Position numbers and translations under genes: made by a program. A model generated the notes under the pieces. It worked only from the letters and a program-made list of their open reading frames with translations, did no database searches and was not told the DNA's origin. From a virus, in the IMG/VR virus record IMGVR_UViG_3300044799_000154, positions 1 to 64,000 of that record: 64,000 nt of DNA. One strand, given 5' to 3'. Position 1 is the stretch's first letter. Every line of letters begins with the position of its first letter. Below, piece by piece: positions 20,609-31,477 of the stretch.

Positions 20609-21763
20609 TTGATTATAGAAAAGACTATTTGCTTAAACATGGAATTAATCCTTGGAAAAAGGAAAGGTAATACTTTGAGTAAGTTCTCTTCTAATCTAGA
20701 AATCTGGTGGTCTCAAAGAATCAAAGCATCTAAGAATGGAAAGACACTTTCTCCCCTGACTATTAGAGGAGTTCTTTATTTGATGAGACAGAAAGTAGGT
20801 ATTAAGGCAATGCCTAAGACCAAGGCTGGATTCTATTCAGCTCTTGAAAGAGTCGAGATTCAATTCAAAGTTCCTAGAGAGAAATTGAGAATAGTAACAG
20901 AACCCAAGGTAAATCTAATCTCAAGGTCAGGTGAAGTTCCCTTACTCAAAGCAGACCCAAAAGAATTCCAGAATGCATGTGCCTTAATTTACATTGAGAA
21001 ATCAACTATCATAGAAGCAATCGAAGAAGATAAGAGCTTGACTGATAGAGGAATCCTGATTATCAAAGCAATGGGATTCTCATCTAGAGAAGTAAATAGA
21101 ATAATCAAACAAGCTCAGTCATTGGGATTACCCATTTTTACATTAACAGACTATGACCCATCGGGAATTCTGATAGACCTCAAGATTCAAGACTCAGGAG
21201 TGAAAACTGCTAGACTTGGAGTAGACCCAGAGCTCGTAAAGACTTTAAATTTAAAGCTTGACGATGTTCGTGAAGCTCTTCCAAAGGATAAGAAGAAGTT
21301 GGCTCATTACAAATATCTGAAGACCAAATATCCTAAGTTAGCAGATGGGTTCTTGAAGATAGGAATGAATAATCAACCTTATAGAATAGAAATAGACGGT
21401 ATCTTTGCATTAGCAGGAAAGGATAGATTTGTTGAGGAAATTCTAAAAAGAGCAGATAATATTGTTCAAATTAAGCCCATACAGAAAGTTCTCAAGCACA
21501 AGAAAGTTCCTGAGAATGTGAACAAAATGAAGGAAGAGATGCATGCAATAGTTGATAAGTTGTTTGAACAAGCCTCTGAGGATGCAGAGAAGTCCCATAT
21601 AAACGCTAAAGATTCTTTCAATAACATACATCTGAGTAAGATTGAGAAATCCATTGAGAAGACTATAGATTCAAAGTCTTCCAATGATACAACTCAGGTA
21701 TTGCAAGATACCATAAATAGTCTTCAAAAATTATTGGAAGCTCAGAATCATAGAGGAAAATAA
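20609..21763 (+). CDS. Topo VI subunit A/Spo11-like TOPRIM protein
   Basis: RGVLY, PREKLRI, YIEKST, KAMGFSSR, TDYDPSG and RIEIDG. Confidence 0.75.
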   Translation: MIIEKTICLNMELILGKRKGNTLSKFSSNLEIWWSQRIKASKNGKTLSPLTIRGVLYLMRQKVGIKAMPKTKAGFYSALERVEIQFKVPREKLRIVTEPKVNLISRSGEVPLLKADPKEFQNACALIYIEKSTIIEAIEEDKSLTDRGILIIKAMGFSSREVNRIIKQAQSLGLPIFTLTDYDPSGILIDLKIQDSGVKTARLGVDPELVKTLNLKLDDVREALPKDKKKLAHYKYLKTKYPKLADGFLKIGMNNQPYRIEIDGIFALAGKDRFVEEILKRADNIVQIKPIQKVLKHKKVPENVNKMKEEMHAIVDKLFEQASEDAEKSHINAKDSFNNIHLSKIEKSIEKTIDSKSSNDTTQVLQDTINSLQKLLEAQNHRGK

Positions 21764-21764
21764 A

Positions 21765-22214
21765 ATGACACATAAAAAGTCACATAAAAAGAAAGAAATA
21801 AACTTGGAAATATTAATTAGAAAAGAAGCACAGGAAAGATTGGTAATCAAAGCTAAAAGATTCTTCCAAAAAGACCTTAGACATACTTCAGGATTTAGTG
21901 ACAAGAAAGGATTAACTTGTGTAGTTCTGGATACTCTCCTGAAAGAAATGTATCAATCTTGTTATCAAGATGTCATGGAAGATGGAGAAAATCAATGTGT
22001 TGAAAATGTTGAAGAGATGGCTAATGATATTGCAACAGATTTCGTTGAAGAAGAAATAGCTTCTGAAATTAGTAGAGTAGCATTGCATGAGATTATTCAT
22101 ACTATGCTTCCATATCAGTATGATGATTGTTGTGATGGTTGTGAGGAAGAAACAGTAGAATTAATAGTTGAGCAAATGACAGAATATCCTCCTAATTTAA
22201 TTGATATAGATTGA
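21765..22214 (+). CDS. acidic HExxH protein
   Basis: LHEIIH..EEETVE. Confidence 0.45.
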   Translation: MTHKKSHKKKEINLEILIRKEAQERLVIKAKRFFQKDLRHTSGFSDKKGLTCVVLDTLLKEMYQSCYQDVMEDGENQCVENVEEMANDIATDFVEEEIASEISRVALHEIIHTMLPYQYDDCCDGCEEETVELIVEQMTEYPPNLIDID

Positions 22215-22275
22215 TTGAAAGTCATTTGTTGACAGAGTTGTTCCCTAAGGAACATAAAAATAAAGGAAAGATAAA

Positions 22276-22650
22276 ATGAAAAAATCGGCGGAAATCTCAA
22301 AAGAAATTTTAGAAGAAATCTTGGATAATTTTGATAGAGACATCTCAATACAAGAAATGCTTGACAAAGCAAAAAACAAATGGCACATAGGAAAAAGCAG
22401 ACTTTTCATAATTTTGAAAGAAAATGGAAGACATAGAATAGACACAGGAATTTCAAATTATCGGAAAAAGTTGAGAGAAAAAGCTAAATCTTATTGGGCA
22501 TCACAATTAGACAAACCAGAAGAAGAAAGTTTGATTTGGTTGCTTGAACCTGAACTTGGGAAAATTGATGCTCAACTAATTATCAGGGGATATGCTTTGA
22601 TAAAAAAGAATACCAAGTTAAAAAAGCTTTTAGAGAGTGAACATATATGA
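22276..22650 (+). CDS. hypothetical basic protein
   Basis: ORF coupled to the GHKL gene. Confidence 0.5.
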   Translation: MKKSAEISKEILEEILDNFDRDISIQEMLDKAKNKWHIGKSRLFIILKENGRHRIDTGISNYRKKLREKAKSYWASQLDKPEEESLIWLLEPELGKIDAQLIIRGYALIKKNTKLKKLLESEHI

Positions 22651-24158
22651 AGCAAATAAAAAGGATAATAAAAACACAATTGAAACCTTTGAATCCACAC
22701 ATGCCAGCAATGTTCCAAAATTGGATTCGTCAGGGAAATGCCAGTCCAATAGAATTTCTTATTGAAGGAATTGACAATGAACTTGAATATGGAAAATCTC
22801 GGTTCATAAAAATAATTATTCTTAGAAATACTTCAAAGCCATTGATAATTCTTAAAGGATTTGGAACTGGAATGACAAATAATGGCTGGAATTTTTTTAC
22901 CAATTCATTATTTAAGAACTGTAGTCAAAAATCATCTGTAGGAGGAATTGGACTTTTTGGGGAAGGTTTGAGAAGAACCGCTTTCTCACTTTCAATTGCA
23001 CAAAATAAGGAATTTTGGGTTTGTTCAAATAATAATGGACATATAGAAAATGCTTTGTTTATATGGAACCCAAAAACTGGACTTCCTTCTAGGCAACTTT
23101 CTTACCCTATGTGGGCTAATAACCTTGAAAATGAGAGAAGGTCTAAAAATGGAGTTACTATAGCTGTTCCATATCTCTGTTCTAATCAAGAAATCTCTGA
23201 AATAAAAAATGTTCTTTCAGACACATATGCTTACAATCTCTATAATAACATTTTGAGAATAAAATTGGAAGTCATAGACAATAATACCAAAATTTCTTAT
23301 CCAATTGATTTTCCCAACTATGGAACAAATCAAGTAAAACATGTTTCTTTGGGAAAACAGATAACAGGAACTATTTTTGAAAATCCTACTGCTGGAAATG
23401 ATTCTGGAGCAATTAAATTTTATTTCAAAGGAAGAAAAGTTTATGAACCTCAGAGAAAAAGAATCTCAGCCATTGCTTGGATTGACATAAGTAATTTATC
23501 TGGGATAAGAGTGAATCTTACCACAAGAAAAAATGGCTTTAAAACAGGCTTTCAGACTTCAAAGATTGACCCTCTAATCTATCAGATTTATAAAAACTAC
23601 AGCATTTCAGGAGTAAGTTCTAACACGGTATCCACATTAGCTAATAACTTATACAAAAAAGCTATCAAAGCAATAAATGTTGGAATGAAAAGACCAAGAA
23701 AAATAGCAGAGTTCTTGTTTAGATGTACAAATCCCTTTTGCAGTTTCAATTTAAAAAATAAGAAACCTTTTGAAATTTTCTCTCTAATAAATTGTCCTCT
23801 AAATTGCCCACATTGTTCTTCTATCCTTACTTGGATTCCTACAATTAAATATCCTCCAAATCCTACTGGAAGACAAAATAATACACAACAAATTGCTTGG
23901 AGTGTACAATCTTTTAATGGTTTGCATTTTGTATTCTATAGTTTTCCATCTGTTATCATTGACTCTAAACATCCTTTGTATCATAAGTTTCTTAATATGA
24001 CTAGCAAAGGTCAAGGAAGAATCTTGGGAGCTTATATTGCCGAAGTAGCGGAAATAGCCAACAGTCCCAGTCAAAGAAATTCGTCATCTGTTACTCAAGA
24101 TCTCCAGTTAAGATTAGATAGAATAGCTAGAGTCAATCTAGCACTAGAGTCAATCTAG
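22647..24158 (+). CDS. GHKL (HSP90/MORC/TopoVI-B-like) ATPase-domain protein
   Basis: EGIDNELE, GFGTGM, GLFGEGL and GVTI motifs; internal Zn ribbon. Confidence 0.65.
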   Translation: MKQIKRIIKTQLKPLNPHMPAMFQNWIRQGNASPIEFLIEGIDNELEYGKSRFIKIIILRNTSKPLIILKGFGTGMTNNGWNFFTNSLFKNCSQKSSVGGIGLFGEGLRRTAFSLSIAQNKEFWVCSNNNGHIENALFIWNPKTGLPSRQLSYPMWANNLENERRSKNGVTIAVPYLCSNQEISEIKNVLSDTYAYNLYNNILRIKLEVIDNNTKISYPIDFPNYGTNQVKHVSLGKQITGTIFENPTAGNDSGAIKFYFKGRKVYEPQRKRISAIAWIDISNLSGIRVNLTTRKNGFKTGFQTSKIDPLIYQIYKNYSISGVSSNTVSTLANNLYKKAIKAINVGMKRPRKIAEFLFRCTNPFCSFNLKNKKPFEIFSLINCPLNCPHCSSILTWIPTIKYPPNPTGRQNNTQQIAWSVQSFNGLHFVFYSFPSVIIDSKHPLYHKFLNMTSKGQGRILGAYIAEVAEIANSPSQRNSSSVTQDLQLRLDRIARVNLALESI

Positions 24159-24186
24159 CATTAGAATAGGATTCTAATAGGATTCT
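24127..24186 (+). repeat. adjacent 17-bp and 11-bp tandem duplications
   Basis: CTAGAGTCAATCTAGCA x2 (24127-24160); AATAGGATTCT x2 (24165-24186). Confidence 0.9.
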
Positions 24187-24223
24187 TTAATAGAGAGTTC
24201 CTTCTCTTTTCTATTGGATAAAG

Positions 24224-25117
24224 ATGGAAGAGAAAGAACTACTAAGAAGACAACAGCTACCATTGAGAATAAAAATCAAACTTTCTCAAGATATGATTAG
24301 ACAATTCCATGAAATGTTAGATGGAAATGTCTACATCAGCTTTTCTGGTGGAAAAGATTCAACTGTTCTTCTTCATCTAGTTCGTCAAATGTATCCAGAA
24401 GTGCCAGCAGTCTTTGTTGACACAGGACTAGAATATCCAGAAATTAGAGAATTTGTAAAGACAATTTCTAATGTAATCTGGTTAAAGCCAAAGAAGTCTT
24501 TCTATCAAGTTGTTAAAAAATATGGTTATCCTATTGGTACTAAAGCTCAAGCAACATATATTCGACAGGTTCAAACAACAAAAAGTTCATCATTTAGAAG
24601 TTACAGGTTACACGGAAAGAAAGGCAATTACAAAGTTTCTGTAAATGACAAATGGAACTTTTTAGTGAATGCTCCTTTCAAGACTTCAGAAAGATGTTGT
24701 TATATTCTGAAAAAGAATCCTGTCAAAATATTTGAAAGAGAGACTCTTCGTAGACCTTTTATGGGAACAATGGCAATAGATTCTATTAGTAGGAAAAGAT
24801 TGTATCTTCAGAGTGGTTGCAATTCATTTGAGTTTGGAAAAGAACAATCTACTCCACTAGGATTCTGGACTGAAAAAGATGTATGGGATTATATTCATCA
24901 GAATAGAATTCCATATTGTACTCTTTATGATAAAGGAATGGATAGAACAGGATGTATGTTCTGTCTATTCGGGATAGATAAAGAAAAGACTTCTAGATTT
25001 CTTATTTTGAAGGAACTTCATCCTGAACTTCATTCTTATTGCATGAAGAACTTGGGTATTGAAGAAGTCTTAGAATATTTGAAAATACATGGAATTAATG
25101 TTCCTATTTGGGAATAA
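24224..25117 (+). CDS. PAPS-reductase-family (PP-loop) protein
   Basis: SFSGGKDS, VDTGLEYPE, CC..LKK.P and RTGCMFC. Confidence 0.85.
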   Translation: MEEKELLRRQQLPLRIKIKLSQDMIRQFHEMLDGNVYISFSGGKDSTVLLHLVRQMYPEVPAVFVDTGLEYPEIREFVKTISNVIWLKPKKSFYQVVKKYGYPIGTKAQATYIRQVQTTKSSSFRSYRLHGKKGNYKVSVNDKWNFLVNAPFKTSERCCYILKKNPVKIFERETLRRPFMGTMAIDSISRKRLYLQSGCNSFEFGKEQSTPLGFWTEKDVWDYIHQNRIPYCTLYDKGMDRTGCMFCLFGIDKEKTSRFLILKELHPELHSYCMKNLGIEEVLEYLKIHGINVPIWE

Positions 25118-25140
25118 AATACACTATAGGGTTAGCTTCC

Positions 25141-25154
25141 CATGGTTAACCATT
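25141..25154. repeat. dispersed palindrome copy (CATGGTTAACCATT)
   Basis: intergenic, 13/14 match. Confidence 0.85.
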
Positions 25155-25235
25155 TTATCATTTTCTCTGCTGGTTGCGGGTCAATTCAACAGTAGTGGCA
25201 TCATGGATTTTGACCCACAACATTTTATGGTAATT

Positions 25236-25250
25236 TAAAACTTAAATAGG
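25236..25250 (+). promoter_or_regulatory. putative archaeal BRE/TATA promoter
   Basis: AAAACTTAAATAGG about 20 nt upstream of ATG 25263, after a 145-bp intergenic gap. Confidence 0.4.
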
Positions 25251-25597
25251 TAAAGTGATATAATGTCTATTGATAGAGCTTTGTCTCAACCAGAAAATCC
25301 CAGTGAACGGTATCCATTGATGCCAATAATCTTAAGATGTAATCATTGTGGTCAAGACTTTACTGTTTGGAAGGAATTCTTAGACCATATGGAAAAGTCT
25401 TCCCATAGAATATGTTACAAATGTGGATATTCCTGTGGTGGAATGGTTGAGTATTTACGTTCAGAGTTTATAGCAATCCATCAAATTGATGGAACTGTAG
25501 AGTCATGGAAATATAAGCACATAATTCCATGTCCTTTTCTTAACCCTTCAAAAAGGAGTTTAAAGAATAATGACATATAAAAAAGGAGTGATTAAAG

Positions 25598-25891
25598 TTG
25601 CCATTTAAGCGTAAGAGTCGTGGTAGGTCTAAAGGTAATAAGGGAAGTGGAGCTACTGTTCAATGTGATAATTGTGGGGCAATAGTTCCAAGAGATAAGG
25701 CTAAGAAAGTTATGAGTAGACTTTCTTTCGTTGATTATGCATTAGCTAAGGAGTTACGAGATAAAGGTGCATATCTTCCTTTGTCTTCTGATGTAAAATA
25801 TTACTGCATTTCATGTGCTGTGCATCGTGGTATAGTGAAGGTCAGAGCTGAGAAAGAACGTCATACACGCACACGAAGATATCACAATTGA
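25598..25891 (+). CDS. rps26e: 30S ribosomal protein eS26 (S26e)
   Basis: KRKSRGRSKG..VQCDNCG..VPRDKAKK..YCISCAVHRGIVKVR. Confidence 0.95.
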   Translation: MPFKRKSRGRSKGNKGSGATVQCDNCGAIVPRDKAKKVMSRLSFVDYALAKELRDKGAYLPLSSDVKYYCISCAVHRGIVKVRAEKERHTRTRRYHN

Positions 25892-26287
25892 GGAATAAGA
25901 AATGACCGAATTAATAAAGAATTCAAAATATGAGATTAAATGTACTAAGGCAGATGGAGACATAGTTGAGATACAAGTTACAATCAAAGACCAGAAACTC
26001 TCAGATGATGAAATGGCTAGTCTGAGTACGACTATCCGCAAGATTCTCTATGCTTTCGATAGAGCAGATAGTGTCTCATCCAGATATGGGTCTGCTGATG
26101 GAAAGAGGAGTAAGGAGTAAAATGTCAGAGAATAATAAGCCTAAGACTCCCTGTGACAGGTGTGGGAGTTATAGATGGATAAGATGGGCTGATAAGCATA
26201 ATTATACCTGTCAGAAGTGTGGTAACTTCTATTTGAAGAAACCAGTCAAAGTAATTGGAAAATTAGAAAAATTAGGAGAATTGAAAG

Positions 26288-27310
26288 ATGAATATAAACA
26301 AGAATAAATTCAAAGATGTAAAAGAGATAGATGAACATACAGCATTTGGATGGCTAAAACTTTCAGAAGCTAAAGTAAGTCCAAATAATATCAGAGAAAA
26401 ACTTGAGAAAGAAGACATAGAAATTGTAAAGAAAAATCTACTTCCATCAATCAAAGCTCTGGGATTAGCACAATTGCCTCTTAGCACTCCAGAAGGAGAA
26501 ATCTTTGCTGGTTCTAGACGCTTGAAAGCATGTGAAGAGTTAGGAGAAACATTAATTCCTGTTGTGATAAAAGACATAGATTCTAAAGCTCAGATTGCAT
26601 TGTCTTGGTCAGAGAACAGAGCCCGACAAGAAGTTGAGACTTTAGCAGAAGCTAGAAAATTCAAACAATTAATGGATGAACATGGAATGTCTGGAAGAGA
26701 AGTCGGAATATATTTAGGAATACCAAATACCTATGTTGCTGAAAGATTACAGATGCTTGAAACTTTTGGAGAGGGTGTCCTGAGTCAGGACACTAAGATT
26801 GTGGAAAGTAAAGGTTTGACTAAAGAGGAAGAAAAGAAAAGCTTGACAACAGAGAAAGCTAAGATTCTTTCTCGTGATTGGGTCCCTCAAAAAATAAAAG
26901 AAGAACTTGTTCAACAAATTGAGACAGGTGGACTGAGTTATCAGCAAGTTAAAGGAATACTTGGTAAAGGAAAGGTTGTCCTTACAATCATAGAAGAGGA
27001 AGAAAAACCTGAAGTAAAAGCTAAACTGCAAGAAGAGTTTGGTGGAGTAAAAGCATTTAAAGTAAAGCCAGAAAAAGTCATTGATAGACAAAATGAACTT
27101 AAAGGATTAGCACCTAAACTATCCAAAGAAGAACTTCCTGCTGAACAATTTGAAACTGATTCTGAGAAAATAGATGTCCAAATACATCCAAAAGTATTGC
27201 AGAGAATAACTAAATACTTTGTAGACAAGAAAGGACGATATGTAAGATGTAAAGTTGAAGTTGTTGGTGAAATAGCTAGGTCAGAAAAGGAAGAGAAGAA
27301 TAAAAAGTGA
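26288..27310 (+). CDS. ParB/Srx N-terminal domain protein with HTH
   Basis: SIKALGLAQ, IFAGSRRLKAC, SENRARQ, then an HTH-like MSGREVGIYLG. Confidence 0.8.
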   Translation: MNINKNKFKDVKEIDEHTAFGWLKLSEAKVSPNNIREKLEKEDIEIVKKNLLPSIKALGLAQLPLSTPEGEIFAGSRRLKACEELGETLIPVVIKDIDSKAQIALSWSENRARQEVETLAEARKFKQLMDEHGMSGREVGIYLGIPNTYVAERLQMLETFGEGVLSQDTKIVESKGLTKEEEKKSLTTEKAKILSRDWVPQKIKEELVQQIETGGLSYQQVKGILGKGKVVLTIIEEEEKPEVKAKLQEEFGGVKAFKVKPEKVIDRQNELKGLAPKLSKEELPAEQFETDSEKIDVQIHPKVLQRITKYFVDKKGRYVRCKVEVVGEIARSEKEEKNKK

Positions 27311-27320
27311 GTTGAGATAA

Positions 27321-28052
27321 TTGCCAAGATATTGGTTATCAGGTGAAGAAAAGAAGCTTCTTTGGAAGCTTAGAGATAAAGGACTCAAGTCTGACAGTGG
27401 AGACTATTGGAGACATTTGATTCCTAGAAATGAGAAAGAACTTAACTTTCTTTTAAGTATAATACCTGATAATGCAGTAGAACAAGAGAGAGCCAATGAA
27501 TCTTTTAGTTGGAAAGAAAGGCAAACAAGAAGACTTCCTGATGGAACAAGAGAACTTAGAGACATTATCTACACAGCTAATCTAAAAACTTCTCTTTGGT
27601 ATTTTGAGATTTTGCATCCTTTTACAATTCAACCTTTACCAGAAGGACTGGATGCTAATCAATATGAATCCAAAGAATGGATTCCTCAAGTCTTTGATAT
27701 TTCCAATAAAACTTGGAGACAAACTTCACAAAGGGAATGTGAAAATTGGAATGATTTGGTAAATTGTCCTTCTTGTAATCATCCAACATTTCCACAATTT
27801 GAATGCCATGTTTGTGGAGCAAGAATAGTTCCTCCTTTGAAGGAGATAGAAAAAAGAGTTCTAAGTCTCATTTGTATTCTTCCAGATACTACAGATTGGC
27901 TTGAAGAAGAAGAACAAGCAATTGAAAAGCCTGAATCTGAAGAAAAGGAAGAAGAACCTACTGAACTTGAAGAAGTAATTGAAGAAACAGTTAGTGAGGA
28001 AGTTGTAGAGAGGGAAGAAGATGAAGAAACCAAAGATATCCCAATCAGTTAA
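27321..28052 (+). CDS. hypothetical protein with Zn ribbon and acidic tail
   Basis: CPSC..CHVCG; Glu-rich C-terminus. Confidence 0.6.
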   Translation: MPRYWLSGEEKKLLWKLRDKGLKSDSGDYWRHLIPRNEKELNFLLSIIPDNAVEQERANESFSWKERQTRRLPDGTRELRDIIYTANLKTSLWYFEILHPFTIQPLPEGLDANQYESKEWIPQVFDISNKTWRQTSQRECENWNDLVNCPSCNHPTFPQFECHVCGARIVPPLKEIEKRVLSLICILPDTTDWLEEEEQAIEKPESEEKEEEPTELEEVIEETVSEEVVEREEDEETKDIPIS

Positions 28053-30155
28053 AGAGATAGATAATAGAATCTCAGAACTCAAGGAAGCAATTGAAGAAGA
28101 GAATAGAAAGATAAGTGTTCTTAATCTTGAATTAAAACAGAAAGAACATGAGACTGAGAAGTCTATCCGAGAGCATGAGCTTCTTATCGAAGAGTATAAA
28201 CTCCTTCTCAAACATTATCATGAAGAAAGAGTATTAGTATCTAATCCATCAAGTCGAAATGGAAATGGGAGGCATAAAGATTGAAAGCAAAAATAGATAG
28301 AGAAAGAAAGATGGTAGTTCTAACAGTTGATGACCCTCGTGCTAGAGAAGGTCTAAAAGAAGAAATGCCATTTGACAACTGGTTTGAATTCTCTAAAAGA
28401 ATATCAGAGAAAATAGCAAAAAGCCATCGGTGTTAAATTATGGATTTCGATAATAGCGTAGCCTATGTTGCTTATAAGTTCTACAATCGTTTAGCTATCC
28501 ACAATGCACCCGAGAAAGTATTAGATTTCTTCATATCATTTTTATGTGTATATTCTACCAAGCATAATTTCATCTACTTCTTTGTAAATGATTGGCTTAG
28601 GATTTGATGATTAATGAGTTCAAAATATAACAAGAAAGGTTGTCCTTATTGTGATGAAGACAAAGGAAACCTTTATCCATTGAATGCAAAAGAAGAGCAG
28701 AGTTGCTTCTATTGTAAACTTTGTCCTAAATGTCGAGACCCAATTATCATCTATAAATATCATAATGAGCCCTCTAACTCTGAAATAGAAGAAATGACAG
28801 AATGGGCAATGATTACTTTCCAAGGAAGGACTCCTGATTTTGAACGATTACATGTATTAGACCATTTCTCAATAGAACTTAGACCAAATGTGAGAGCTAA
28901 ACAAATAACAACTAGGAAAGTTGTTTTCTCATGTCCTGTGTGCAATAGATTCTTTTCTTCTTCAGAAATGATAAAATGTAAGGAAGGACTTTTCGTATGC
29001 AGAGAATGTCATATCAAACTTTCTAACAATTCTTTAGAAGAACATCTGATTGGGCAGACGAATGAAAGTATCGGAGAGCCCTCTGGTTTATCCAAAGAAC
29101 AAGCTCAATATGAGCATATTCAACAGATGGATGATGAAGATGAAGAAGGAACAAATAACTAAGAAATTCGTGAATGATTCTGTGGTAGAATCTATTAGAC
29201 AAGCCATTAGATTTGAAGTGAAGAAAGAGTATAAAGAAAGAGAGATAGAAGTTACTCGGCTAGTTCTAGGTAAACTCATCCATGATTGTAGAATAGAAAT
29301 CACACCAAGTAGAAGGGAAGAAAGTGTCTTATTCACCAAAAAGAATAAAAATGAAAAATAAGCCAACCTGCTTGTTCTGTCATGGAAAACTAGAAGCAAC
29401 ATCAGTTAGTATAAGCAGAGGCATAAGTTCTTATGATATACTTGGAAGTAATCAACCTTTTGCTATTCCTTCTCAAGATGAGATAACTTTGAAAATAAAC
29501 TGCCCTCAGTGTGGAGCTTATGGTGAAGCATTAGGAGATAAGGCTTCTTTCTCAGGAAACTCGAAGCATCCAATAATTGAAATTGATAATGTAGCTATTG
29601 GAAGTTTGATGAATGGAAGTGGAATTATTGAAGCATTCCATCCTAAACTTCAACCTTTCAACCCAAGTAGGCGAGATAATAATCCAAATAGAAGGGAATC
29701 AAATGAGTGATAATACAAATCCCTATATCAAAAAAACAAGACGAGATAAGCTAGATGCGTATCTAGACCCTCTAATCAAAGAAATCAGTCCAGAAAAAGC
29801 ACCTGAAGAAGTCAGTTACATAATCTTGAAGTTGCTAGTGAAAGGATTACCTATAGATGTAAGAGGAGGTATCCTTGCTCAAGGTGTCATGACAGAAACT
29901 TTAAAGAATTACCAAGAATTCATATTCATGCCAATGGAGAAAAGAATACTATTACAGCGATGGTTAGACCCTGATGGGAGTTGGACTTAATGAAAGTTTC
30001 TGATATGGATGAACTTGTTTTTCTTTGGAAAGAGTATGCTAAAGCTAGGGACAAAGATTTGACTGAAGATGCTAAAGACCTTAAAAGGCAAATCCGTAAA
30101 TTTATTCAATCATTGCCAAAATTTGATGAGAGAGACCAGGTCGTCCACTGAATAT

Positions 30156-30169
30156 CATGGTTAACCTTG
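30156..30169. repeat. dispersed palindrome copy (CATGGTTAACCTTG)
   Basis: 13/14 match at a gene boundary. Confidence 0.85.
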
Positions 30170-30850
30170 TAGGGAGCAGTCCATCATACTTAGTAAATAA
30201 GGAAGTTGATACAATGAAAGAATGTCCAAGTTGTAGAAATCAGATTGAAGATTGGCAAGCTGTTTGTAAGAATTGCTGGAATACTCTTCAGAAGCATGAT
30301 GAGAAGTTTGGTTCAAACTTTTGTACAATGGTTACTGAGGAACTTCTAAAATCTGGAAAAAGAGATTGTATCACTAAGGAGCTAATGGTTGTTATCCAAG
30401 ATAGACTTACTCCTGATACTGCTAGGAAAGCTGAGAAATTAAAACAGAAAATGAAGGGCGTTTGCAATGCATGTTATCACCAAATAGGTTCTAAAGACAT
30501 AGATGAATGCTTCAACTGTCCCTATCACATTCTTTTCAACAAGATGCTAGAAGAAATCTGGAATGGTAAATGAGAAAGAAACAAAAACAAACACAGATAG
30601 GAAAAATAGATGCATCTATTGTAGACAATATAGATAATATTGGACAAGCTATTGAAGTAGCAAAGAAGGTTGATGAAGCTCAGAGAGCTTTCCCTATTGA
30701 GATTTTTGACAATAATAATGAAGAAGAAGATTTGCGAATGACAATTAAGTATGGTTTAGCACCATGGTTTCAGGAATACTTTGGAATCTCTGTTTATCCA
30801 GATGGTAAGGTTTCTTACAAGAAAACAAACCCCTCAAGAAGAGATAACCA

Positions 30851-31477
30851 TTGAAGAATTTTGTAGAAGAAATTAAAGATAAGAAGCTTCGTAAAGCAGT
30901 AGAACTAATGCTAAAAGATTGGGAATATAAACTTAAATTCATCCCTGGTTCTATGACAGGAGTTCATCATGCTAAAGATGAAAGAATCAAAGGAGGACTT
31001 AGTAGACATATTGAGAAGGTTTGTTGGTTTATAACTAAGAGTGCAGAAGCTTTCAAGTTATCAGATGAAGATAAAGATATTCTTCTAGTCTGTGCTTATT
31101 TCCATGATATCAGTAAAGTCAGGGATACTAGAGTTCTAGAGAAGCTAATCTATTGGGGAAAGAAGATTCTAAGAAAAGTGGAAGTTGCTCGGGAAGTAAA
31201 AGATGGAGATAAACATCCATTTGAAAGTGCAAACATGGCTAGAAACTATTTAGCTAAAGCTGAAGTAGACACTTGCACAGTTGGTATTATTGTGAACATC
31301 ATTATCTGTCACATGAACCATTGGTATCCTAGATACCCTCTCCCAAAGACAGAAAGAGAGAAGATGTTTGCTCTTGCAGATTATATAGTCTCAAGAGAAG
31401 AATTTGATGTAAAAGAGAAATCGTGTCTCAAAGAACGATTGAGGAAAAGTTTTTGTAAAGCAAAGGGTTATCCATGA
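30851..31477 (+). CDS. HD-domain phosphohydrolase
   Basis: HH..GGL.RH, FHDISK, H, CHM and LADY. Confidence 0.85.
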   Translation: MKNFVEEIKDKKLRKAVELMLKDWEYKLKFIPGSMTGVHHAKDERIKGGLSRHIEKVCWFITKSAEAFKLSDEDKDILLVCAYFHDISKVRDTRVLEKLIYWGKKILRKVEVAREVKDGDKHPFESANMARNYLAKAEVDTCTVGIIVNIIICHMNHWYPRYPLPKTEREKMFALADYIVSREEFDVKEKSCLKERLRKSFCKAKGYP

